Positions 24,985 to 32,000 of a stretch of DNA of 32,000 nt are shown piece by piece. The stretch is from Propionibacterium ruminifibrarum (lineage in GTDB: Bacteria > Actinomycetota > Actinomycetes > Propionibacteriales > Propionibacteriaceae). The notes under the pieces are model-generated. The model saw nothing but the letters and a program-made list of their open reading frames with translations, was not told the DNA's origin and searched no databases. Within the stretch, counting starts at the first letter, position 1. Each line of letters starts with the position of its first letter. A program made the position numbers and the translations under genes. The stretch spans positions 326,697 through 358,696 of the forward strand of contig NZ_OMOH01000003.1 of assembly GCF_900289195.1 (NCBI RefSeq), written 5' to 3'.

Positions 24985-26064
24985 ATGTTCACAACCTCCC
25001 TGGGGGTCTTCCTCTTCGGCCTGCTGGCCGCCATTGCCGGCGGAACCGTCGGCGCTGCGATCGGCGGCAACTACGCGTTCGTGCTCGTCGGTTTCTGCGT
25101 ACTCGCCTCATGGGGCATGTTCGCCGCCACCGGCAGCACCTTCGGCTTCGACTACCTGGCCTTCGGCCCCTTCATGGGGCCGCACATCGCCTTCGCAGGC
25201 GGCGTCGCGGCGGCCATCTACGCCCGCTACAAGGGACACTTCGATGACGGCAAGGACGTCAACTCCCCGCTGGCCGGCCTCGGCAAGCCCAGCGTCCTGA
25301 TCGTCGGCGCCTGCTTCGGCGTCTTCGGCTACCTCTTGCAGATCGGTGTCAGCCACGTCCCGTGGTTCGGTTCCCACACCGACTCGGTCGCCTTCACCGT
25401 CCTGTGCTCCGGCCTGCTCGCTCGTATCGTCTTCGGCGGTGTTCCGGGCAAGGGCCTGTTCAAGGGATCGCTGCACAACCCCGAGGCCTTCCACGCCGAC
25501 GCCACCAGCTTCCCGGCCAAGATCAAGCCCGGTCCCAACGGACGCTGGCTCGAGTGGCAGGAGAAGCCCTCGCAGCTCATCACCATCGGCTCGCTGTTCG
25601 GTGTCTTCGCGGGAGGCGCCGCGCTCTTCCTGGCCGCCAACGTCGGTGCCCATCTCACCGAGAAGGGTTTCGCCAACAACCTTGCGGCAGCGAACGCCAA
25701 CACCTTCGGTTTCGGCATCTCGGCCATCATCATCCTGTTCCTCATCACCAACCGGAACATGCCCGTTCAGCACCACGTGACGAACATCGCAGGCCTTGCC
25801 GCCGTCCAGTTCTTCCCCGTCCTCATGGGGGAGAGCTTCGCCACCTTCACCTGGACCGCCACCTCGGCCTGGGACTCGCACACCTGGTTGATGGCCTTCG
25901 TCGCGATCCTCATCGCGGGTTTCTTCGGTGTCGTCGCGGCAGCGCTCGGCGAGTTCGCCGCCCGCCTCTGGTACAACCGCGGTACGAGCCACATCGATCC
26001 TCCGGCCGCGTGCATCTGGATCAGCAACACCCTCGTCGTCTCACTGGCGGCGCTGCTGTCCTGA
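24985..26064 (+). CDS. Unclassified polytopic membrane protein (~10 predicted TM segments), candidate transporter
   Basis: AAAGGAACAAGG RBS. 359 aa with about 10 hydrophobic segments and one ~45-aa hydrophilic loop (PGKGLFKGSLHNPEAFHADATSFPAKIKPGPNGRWLEWQEKPSQ). I recognise no MFS, ABC, PTS or SSS motif. First gene of the kinase/phosphatase operon. Confidence 0.75.
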   Translation: MFTTSLGVFLFGLLAAIAGGTVGAAIGGNYAFVLVGFCVLASWGMFAATGSTFGFDYLAFGPFMGPHIAFAGGVAAAIYARYKGHFDDGKDVNSPLAGLGKPSVLIVGACFGVFGYLLQIGVSHVPWFGSHTDSVAFTVLCSGLLARIVFGGVPGKGLFKGSLHNPEAFHADATSFPAKIKPGPNGRWLEWQEKPSQLITIGSLFGVFAGGAALFLAANVGAHLTEKGFANNLAAANANTFGFGISAIIILFLITNRNMPVQHHVTNIAGLAAVQFFPVLMGESFATFTWTATSAWDSHTWLMAFVAILIAGFFGVVAAALGEFAARLWYNRGTSHIDPPAACIWISNTLVVSLAALLS

Positions 26065-26107
26065 GGGCCCGCGGCCCGATCGCCACGAAGGAAGAAGGGA
26101 ACCACGC

Positions 26108-26965
26108 ATGAGTCACGGTCTCGTGAGCAGCCCCACCGAGTTCGCCAGTGCCTACATCTTCGACCTCGACGGCACGATCTACCTCGGCAGCCAGCTGCTG
26201 CCCGGTGCCAAACGCTTGATCGAGGAATTGCGCCGACGCCGGATCCCGGTCCGCTTCCTGTCGAACAATCCCACCAGGGATCCCGACATGTACGTGAAGA
26301 AGCTGACCGGTCTGGGGCTGCCCACGGGGCTCGACGACATCTGCAACACCGTCGTGACCACCGTCCGCTGGCTCAAGCAGAACCACCCGGACGCCGTCCT
26401 GTTCCCGATCGCCGAGGAGCCCCTGTGCCGCGCCCTCACCGAGGCCGGCTTCGAGTTGAGCGATGACCCGTCCCGGATCGACATCGTCATCGCCTCCTAC
26501 GACCGCACCTTCGATTACCACAAACTCCAGGTCGCCTTCGACGCCATCTGGTTCCACAAACGGGCCATCCTCGTGCAGACCAACCCCGACCGCTTCTGCC
26601 CCTTCCCCGGCGGGCGCGGCGAGCCCGACTGCGCGGCCATCACCGCCGCCATCGAGGCCTGCACCGGTACCACGTGCCAGGTGAACTTCGGCAAGCCCTC
26701 GCCCGTGATGCTCACCGAGGCCCTGTCCGGCCTGGACGTCGACGTGGCCGACTGCGTCATGGTCGGTGATCGCCTCCAGACCGACATCCAGATGGCGCTC
26801 GACGCCGGGATGAAATCGGCGTGCGTGCTCACCGGCGAGGCATCGCCGGCCGACATCGCCGCCCTCGACGAGGCCCACAGGCCCACCTACGTTCTCGACC
26901 GCGTCGACCGCCTCATCCCTGCCCGGTACTGGGGTGAACTCGGCTGGTCGGAGGACGACCTCTGA
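26108..26965 (+). CDS. HAD-IIA family sugar-phosphate phosphatase (NagD/AraL-like)
   Basis: Motif I FDLDGTIY, FLSNN, GKPSP, and VGDRLQTDI (the GD..TDI typical of HAD-IIA). I set the start at ATG 26108 (AAGGAAGAAGGGA upstream); the track ORF start at 25928 overlaps the preceding gene. Confidence 0.85.
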   Translation: MSHGLVSSPTEFASAYIFDLDGTIYLGSQLLPGAKRLIEELRRRRIPVRFLSNNPTRDPDMYVKKLTGLGLPTGLDDICNTVVTTVRWLKQNHPDAVLFPIAEEPLCRALTEAGFELSDDPSRIDIVIASYDRTFDYHKLQVAFDAIWFHKRAILVQTNPDRFCPFPGGRGEPDCAAITAAIEACTGTTCQVNFGKPSPVMLTEALSGLDVDVADCVMVGDRLQTDIQMALDAGMKSACVLTGEASPADIAALDEAHRPTYVLDRVDRLIPARYWGELGWSEDDL

Positions 26966-27024
26966 AAACCGCAGGCTCCCAACGGGGGAGCGCTGCAAGT
27001 CAACGTGCTCAAAGGAGAGTTCCC

Positions 27025-28584
27025 ATGACCGACAACGGCCCTTACGTGCTGGGTATCGACTACGGCACCGAGTCCTGCCGCGTGGCCATCTGCGATCTGC
27101 AAGGCCGCCCGATCACCTTCGCCGCCACGCCCTACAAGACCACTCACCCGCACCCGGGCTGGGCGGAGCAGAACCCGGAGGACTGGTGGAAGGCATTGCA
27201 GGCCTCCACTCACAAGGCCCTCGAGAGCTCGGGTATCCCGGCTTCCGCCATCGCCGGCATCTCCTACGACGCCACGACCTTGACGATGGTCGCCCTGGAC
27301 GCCAGGGGTGTGGAGCTCCGCCCGGCCATCATGTGGATGGACGTGCGCGCCACCGAGCAGGCCGAACGGGCGAACTCGTCCGGGTCAGTGGCCCGTCTCT
27401 ACAACGGAGGTGGCCATTCCCCGGCGACGGCCGAGTGGTACCCCTTCAAGGCCGCCTGGTTGCGCGAGAACGAGCCCGAGACCTATGCCAAGGCAGCGCA
27501 CCTGGTCGACGCGCCCGACTGGGTGACCTACAAGCTGACCGGCGAGTGGACCACCAACATCAACTCGGCCGCCATCCGCATGTACCACAACCGTGACAAG
27601 GGCGGCTGGCCGAAGGACTTCTACGAGACCATCGGCTGCGGAGACGTCTTCGACAAGATCCCCGAACGCGTCCTCGACCTGGGCGCCCCGGTCGGTGAGC
27701 TCGGCACCATCGCCGCCCAGCTGCTCGGCCTGCGTCCCGGTATCCCGGTCGCCCAGGGCATGGCCGACGCGTGGGCGGGCCAGATCGGTCTGGGCGTCCT
27801 GCAGCCCGGGCAGATGGCTCTCATCACCGGCTCCTCCCACGTCCTCACGGGCCAGTCGGACAAGGAGATCCATGGCGAGGGCTTCTTCGGCGCCTACACG
27901 GACGGCGTCATGCCCGGCCAGTACACGGTCGAGGGCTCGCAGGTGTCCACCGGCTCGGTGCTCAAGTGGTTCCGCGACAATTTCGCCCGTGACGTCATCC
28001 AGGCGGCTGAGCGCGTCGGCCTCAACCCCTACGACGTGCTCAACGAGCAGTCAAGGAGCATCCGGCCCGGTTCGGACGGGCTCATCATCAATGAGTACTT
28101 CCAGGGCAACCGCACGCCGTACACGGACTCGAAGGCCCGTGGCATCGTCTGGGGTCTGTCGCTGGCCCACACCCCGGCTCACGTCTATCACGCGATTCAG
28201 GAGTCGGTCTGCTACGGGAATGCGCACAACCTGCGCGCCATGAAGGCCGCCGGTTTCGAGGTCAGCCGCATGGTGGCCTGCGGTGGCGCGACCAAGAGCC
28301 GTGACTGGATGCAGATGCACGCGGACGTCTCGGGCGTGCCGATCGCCCTGACCGAGGTCGGGGACGCGGTGGTGCTCGGAACCTGCATGCTTGCCGCGGT
28401 GGGTGCGGGGCTGTACAAGGATCTTCCCGAGGCGGCCGCCTCGATGGTCCACGAGATCGACGTCCTGGAGCCCGACCCCGAGCTGCACGAGGAATACGCG
28501 TTCTACGTGGACGCCTACTGCGACACGTACCCCAAGTTGCGGTCGATGATCCATGACATGGTGGACCACGAGGCGCAAAGGTGA
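27025..28584 (+). CDS. FGGY-family carbohydrate kinase (pentulose/tetritol-kinase-like)
   Basis: AAAGGAGAG RBS. LGIDYGTES, GWAEQNPEDWW and CGGATKSRDWMQMHADV are FGGY motifs. At 519 aa it is larger than typical xylulokinases. Confidence 0.85.
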   Translation: MTDNGPYVLGIDYGTESCRVAICDLQGRPITFAATPYKTTHPHPGWAEQNPEDWWKALQASTHKALESSGIPASAIAGISYDATTLTMVALDARGVELRPAIMWMDVRATEQAERANSSGSVARLYNGGGHSPATAEWYPFKAAWLRENEPETYAKAAHLVDAPDWVTYKLTGEWTTNINSAAIRMYHNRDKGGWPKDFYETIGCGDVFDKIPERVLDLGAPVGELGTIAAQLLGLRPGIPVAQGMADAWAGQIGLGVLQPGQMALITGSSHVLTGQSDKEIHGEGFFGAYTDGVMPGQYTVEGSQVSTGSVLKWFRDNFARDVIQAAERVGLNPYDVLNEQSRSIRPGSDGLIINEYFQGNRTPYTDSKARGIVWGLSLAHTPAHVYHAIQESVCYGNAHNLRAMKAAGFEVSRMVACGGATKSRDWMQMHADVSGVPIALTEVGDAVVLGTCMLAAVGAGLYKDLPEAAASMVHEIDVLEPDPELHEEYAFYVDAYCDTYPKLRSMIHDMVDHEAQR

Positions 28585-28606
28585 GGAGTCTGGAGAGAAA
28601 GGGACA

Positions 28607-29968
28607 ATGATGTCAGATCTGATCGAGCAGGCACTGGCGAGCGCCGACGACACCGACAGGGTCGTGATGGGCGATGGGGTGCTCGCGGCGACGGGCCCCA
28701 TGTTCAGGGAACTCTTCGGTCAGGCCAGGGGTGTCATCATCGCCGATGAGAACACCTGGGCGGCGGCCGGTGAGCAGGTGAGCGCATCGCTCAAGGACGC
28801 AGGCGTCGAACTCGCCGAGCCGTACGTCTTCCCGGGCAGCCCCAGCGTCTACGCCAAGTACGAGAACGTCGAGTTGCTGCGGGAATTCCTCGCGCCACTC
28901 GATGCGAATGCCGTCGTCGTCGGCTCGGGGACGCTCAACGACCTCGTGAAGAGGGCCAGTGACGAGCTGGGGCGGCGTTATCTCGTCGTGTGCACCGCGG
29001 CGTCGATGGACGGCTATGCGGCGTTCGGCGCCTCGCTGTCGGTCGACGGGTTCAAGACGACGTTGACCTGCCGCGCGCCCCAGGGCCTCGTCGTCGACCT
29101 GCCGACCCTGGCAGCGGCGCCTCAGCGCTGCACCGCCACCGGCGTCGGCGATCTCATCGAGAAGATCCCAGCCGGAGCGGACTGGATCCTCGCCGATGAA
29201 CTGGGCATCGAACCCATCGACCAGGGCTCCTGGGACCTGGCCCAGGGACGGTTGGAGGCCGCCATCAGCGACCCCCAGGGTCTGGTCGACCGTGAACCCG
29301 GCGCCTTCGTCGCCCTTGCCGAGGGATTGGTGCTCTCGGGCCTGTCGATGCAGAGATACCGCATCAGCTCCCGCCCGGCCTCCGGAGCCGGCCACCTCTT
29401 CTCACACGTCTGGGAGATGGAGCATCTTGGCATGGACGAGGACCCGCCGCTGACCCACGGCTTCAAGGTGGGGCTGGGCACGCTGGCCACCCTTGCGCTG
29501 TGGCAGAACGCCGTCGACCTCGACGTCTCGAGCATCGACACCGAGGAAGTCGTCGCCCGGTGGCGCAGCCGCGAGGACACCGAGGCCTTCGTGCGTTCCT
29601 GGTTCACCGGGAACATGGTGGAGCCGGCCGTCAAGCAGACACTCGACAAGTACCTCACCGCTGACGAACTGCGCGGACGCATCGAGCTGATCAAGGACAG
29701 GTGGCCCACGATCACGGAGCGGACCCGGGCGCAGATCATCCCGCCGGAACGGGCCGAGGCGATTCTCAAGCAGGTGGGGGCCTACTGGCACCCGCAGCAG
29801 ATCGGCCTGAGCCGTCAGCGCTTCCGGGACACCTATCTGCGCTGCCGCATGATCCGCAGCCGTTACACCCTGCCCGATGCCCTGTTCGAGCTCGGCGTGC
29901 TCGATGAACAGGTCGACCGATTGTTTGCGCCCGATGGCTTCTGGGGGCGGCGTCCCTGGGCCGAGTGA
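28607..29968 (+). CDS. Glycerol-1-phosphate-dehydrogenase-like NAD(P)-dependent dehydrogenase (AraM/EgsA-like, dehydroquinate-synthase-like fold)
   Basis: VVGSGTLNDLVK, VCTAASMDGYA, TGVGDLIEK and GHLFSHVWEMEH (metal-ligand His residues), with a C-terminal IRSRYTLPD. GGAGAGAAAGGGA RBS before ATG 28607. Confidence 0.7.
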   Translation: MMSDLIEQALASADDTDRVVMGDGVLAATGPMFRELFGQARGVIIADENTWAAAGEQVSASLKDAGVELAEPYVFPGSPSVYAKYENVELLREFLAPLDANAVVVGSGTLNDLVKRASDELGRRYLVVCTAASMDGYAAFGASLSVDGFKTTLTCRAPQGLVVDLPTLAAAPQRCTATGVGDLIEKIPAGADWILADELGIEPIDQGSWDLAQGRLEAAISDPQGLVDREPGAFVALAEGLVLSGLSMQRYRISSRPASGAGHLFSHVWEMEHLGMDEDPPLTHGFKVGLGTLATLALWQNAVDLDVSSIDTEEVVARWRSREDTEAFVRSWFTGNMVEPAVKQTLDKYLTADELRGRIELIKDRWPTITERTRAQIIPPERAEAILKQVGAYWHPQQIGLSRQRFRDTYLRCRMIRSRYTLPDALFELGVLDEQVDRLFAPDGFWGRRPWAE

Positions 29969-30087
29969 CTGGCACGCCGGGTGCCGGGCACGTCATCGGC
30001 GGGCCGGAGGGTCGATCCGCCCGGCCCGGTACCCGGATGACCGAGCAGCTCGGCAACCCTGCCCCTGTTTCTCGACGAGGAGGAAAC

Positions 30088-31755
30088 ATGACTGAGAAAT
30101 ATGTAGTGGGACTGGATTTCGGTACCCTGTCCGGCCGAGCCGCCGTGGTTCGCGTCAGTGACGGTGAGATGGTCGGCACGGCGGTCTGCGAGTACCCGCA
30201 TGCCGTGATGGACACGAGACTGACCGCGGCGAACGGGCAGGAACTGCCACCAGACTTCGCGCTGCAGGACCCGAGCGACTACCTCACCGCACTCTACGAG
30301 ACGGTCCCCGCGGCCGTGGCCGACTCGGGCGTCGAACCGGCCGACATCATCGGCGTGGGCCTGGACTTCACCTCGGCGACCGTCGTGGCAGCCACCGCCG
30401 AGGGCACCCCGGTGTGCGAGCTGCCGCAGTTCGCGGACAACCCGCACGCCTGGGTGAAGCTGTGGAAGCACCATGGTGCCGTCGAGCAGGCCCGGCGCAT
30501 CGTCGATGTCGCCACTGAGCGAGGCGAGGAGTGGCTGAGCCGCTATGGCGGCGTGCTCAACTCCGAGATGCTGCTGCCCAAGGTCGCCGAGACCCTGGAG
30601 TGTGCTCCCGAGGTCTATGCGGCCACGGACGTCTTCTGCGAGGCCATGGACTGGCTCACCTGGCACCTGACCGGCCGGTTGACCTTCTCAGCGGGCTCGT
30701 CCGGCTACAAACGCATCCTCCAGGACGGCCGGTACCCGTCCAGGGACTTCCTGCGCCAGGTGAACCCGGGTCTGGAGAACGTCTACGACGAGAAGATGAA
30801 CGCACCGGTCCTGCCCCTCGGCCACAACGTCGGTGGCCTGCTGCCGGAGGTGGCGTCCAGACTCGGGTTGCCGGCCGGCATCGCAGTGGCCAGCGGGAAC
30901 ATCGACGCCCATGTCACCGGCCCGGCGGTGCAGGGCGTCGAGGACGGTGTCATGACGGCCATCATGGGAACGTCGGTCTGCTACCTGCTCTCATGGCCGA
31001 CACCTGCTCCGGTAGCCGGCATCTTCGGGATCGTCGATGGGGGGATCGTCGACGGCTCCTGGGGTTTCGAGGCGGGCCAGACCGCAGCCGGCGACATCTT
31101 CGCCTGGTTCGTCGACACCTGCGTCCCCGCCCGGTACCAGGCCGAGGCCGACGAGCTGGGCATCCCGGTGCACGAACTGCTCACCCGCAAGTGCGAGCAT
31201 CAGCCGGTCGGCGCCCACGGACTGGTGGCCTTGGACTGGCACAACGGCAACCGCTCAACCCTCATGGACGCACAGTTGTCCGGCCTCATGCTGGGCACGA
31301 GTCTCACCACGACGCCCGAGGACCAGTATCGAGCCCTGCTCGAGTCCTGCGCCTTCGGGGCCAGGACGATCATCGAGGCCTTCGTCTCGGCGGGGATCGA
31401 CATCGAAGAACTCGTCGTGGCCGGCGGCCTGACCAGGAACCGCCTGTTCATGCAGATCCTTGCCGACGTCTGCCGTCGTCCCCTCTCGGTCGGTACCGCC
31501 GAGCAGCCCGGCGCCCTCGGCTCGGCCATCTTCGCCACCGTCGCGGCAGGGGAGTATCCCGATGTCAAGGCTGCTTCGGCTGCCATGGGGGCGAAGAAGG
31601 AGGGCGTCTACCTGCCCGACGAGGCCCGCGCGGATCAGTATGACCTGCTGTATGCGGAGTACAGCAGGCTGTACGACTACTTCGGCCGAGGCGGCAACGA
31701 GGTCATGCACCGGTTGAAGAGCCTCCGGGCGCAGGCCCGGGCAGCTTCTGCATAG
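30088..31755 (+). CDS. Ribulokinase-like FGGY kinase (AraB-like)
   Basis: GAGGAGGAAAC directly precedes ATG 30088. VGLDFGTLSGR, the 555-aa length and GGLTRNRLFMQILADV are typical of AraB-type ribulokinases. I do not use the symbol because araA and araD are absent. Confidence 0.8.
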   Translation: MTEKYVVGLDFGTLSGRAAVVRVSDGEMVGTAVCEYPHAVMDTRLTAANGQELPPDFALQDPSDYLTALYETVPAAVADSGVEPADIIGVGLDFTSATVVAATAEGTPVCELPQFADNPHAWVKLWKHHGAVEQARRIVDVATERGEEWLSRYGGVLNSEMLLPKVAETLECAPEVYAATDVFCEAMDWLTWHLTGRLTFSAGSSGYKRILQDGRYPSRDFLRQVNPGLENVYDEKMNAPVLPLGHNVGGLLPEVASRLGLPAGIAVASGNIDAHVTGPAVQGVEDGVMTAIMGTSVCYLLSWPTPAPVAGIFGIVDGGIVDGSWGFEAGQTAAGDIFAWFVDTCVPARYQAEADELGIPVHELLTRKCEHQPVGAHGLVALDWHNGNRSTLMDAQLSGLMLGTSLTTTPEDQYRALLESCAFGARTIIEAFVSAGIDIEELVVAGGLTRNRLFMQILADVCRRPLSVGTAEQPGALGSAIFATVAAGEYPDVKAASAAMGAKKEGVYLPDEARADQYDLLYAEYSRLYDYFGRGGNEVMHRLKSLRAQARAASA

Positions 31756-31797
31756 TGATCTGACTGGCCTGCGCAGCAGCGGCCAGAGCGCGAGGCA

Positions 31798-31828
31798 CTG
31801 GGCCCCCGTCATCAAGGCGGGGGCCCAG
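31798..31828 (+). terminator. Terminator-like hairpin after the ribulokinase-like gene
   Basis: CTGGGCCCCCG pairs perfectly with CGGGGGCCCAG (11 bp), with a 9-nt loop. A second, weaker hairpin CTGGCC..GGCCAG precedes it at 31764-31786. Confidence 0.55.
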
Positions 31829-31958
31829 CCATGTCGTTGAGCAGCGCACTGTCGATGGACTCTGAAGCTCCGGCCGGTCCTGTACCGCTGCCACTGAACG
31901 AAGAACTGAGCCGGTGCCATGGCGATCTGGGCTCGCCGGAAGCTATGGACAAATAGAA

Positions 31959-31988
31959 TATATGATCTATGATCGTCTCATGACGTCC
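31959..31988 (+). promoter_or_regulatory. AT-rich tandem TATGATC motif, site B
   Basis: TA-TATGATC-TATGATC-GTCTC-ATGACGTCC. The first 15 nt are identical to site A (17683-17697). It lies after the operon terminator, at the window edge. Confidence 0.5.
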
Positions 31989-32000
31989 GACCAACGGTGA

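Noticed and set aside
25108-26998. Antisense and off-frame ORFs over the membrane-protein and HAD genes (25108-25992 -, 25362-26111 +, 26021-26998 -)
   Set aside because: They show shadow-frame composition, and the annotated frames have TM periodicity and HAD motifs respectively.
30531-31643. 370-aa + strand off-frame ORF inside the ribulokinase-like gene
   Set aside because: It is extremely Arg/Gly/Pro-rich (RRGRRPDQEPP...) and is out of frame with a gene that carries FGGY motifs at both ends.
17683-31973. The identical 15-mers at 17683 and 31959 as att-type direct repeats flanking a 14-kb mobile element
   Set aside because: No integrase, recombinase or tRNA lies between or beside them. 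The enclosed DNA is compositionally heterogeneous (a low-GC rhm island plus a high-GC native-looking DeoR operon), and a third related site lies inside. A regulatory motif is more economical, though modular acquisition is not excluded.
31812-31994. Minus-strand 60-aa ORF (frame open to the window end) and the 41-aa + ORF at 31831-31956
   Set aside because: Neither has an RBS or motifs, and both overlap terminator hairpins. They cannot be evaluated without downstream sequence.

Overview
High-GC chromosomal segment of actinobacterial type. My hand counts of single 60-nt lines give 62-73% GC outside one island. I support 27 protein-coding genes plus one tentative small ORF. Most are on the + strand; three minus-strand regulators (SorC-type and two GntR-type) and one plus-strand DeoR-type regulator mark operon boundaries. 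Gene order: (1) a 5'-partial secreted multidomain protein and a WecB/TagA-type glycosyltransferase; (2) purC-purS-purQ; (3) a SorC-linked operon with an ACS-type MFS, a DUF1537 four-carbon acid-sugar kinase, a PdxA2-type dehydrogenase, and RpiB-like and TIM-like isomerases; (4) a GntR-linked operon with an ACS-type MFS, a xylose-isomerase-like TIM-barrel enzyme, an NAD-binding oxidoreductase and a fused DhaK-DhaL kinase; (5) a ~5.5-kb lower-GC island (48-55% in spot counts) carrying an L-rhamnonate module (rhmT-like MFS, SDR, rhmD, rhmA, GntR); (6) a DeoR-linked operon with an unclassified ~10-TM membrane protein, a HAD-IIA phosphatase, an FGGY kinase, a glycerol-1-phosphate-dehydrogenase-like enzyme and a ribulokinase-like kinase. 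I recognised no rRNA, tRNA, CRISPR array, transposase or integrase. The best candidates for undescribed biology are: the DeoR-linked operon, which has an AraB/AraL/AraM-like trio without AraA/AraD, a second kinase and an unclassified permease behind a 610-nt leader; the two adjacent C4 (tetronate/tetrulose-type) operons, whose enzyme sets look complementary and include a DAK-family kinase with an altered active-site motif; and an AT-rich tandem TATGATC motif found at three operon boundaries. All family assignments come from motif recognition by eye. No database search was run.
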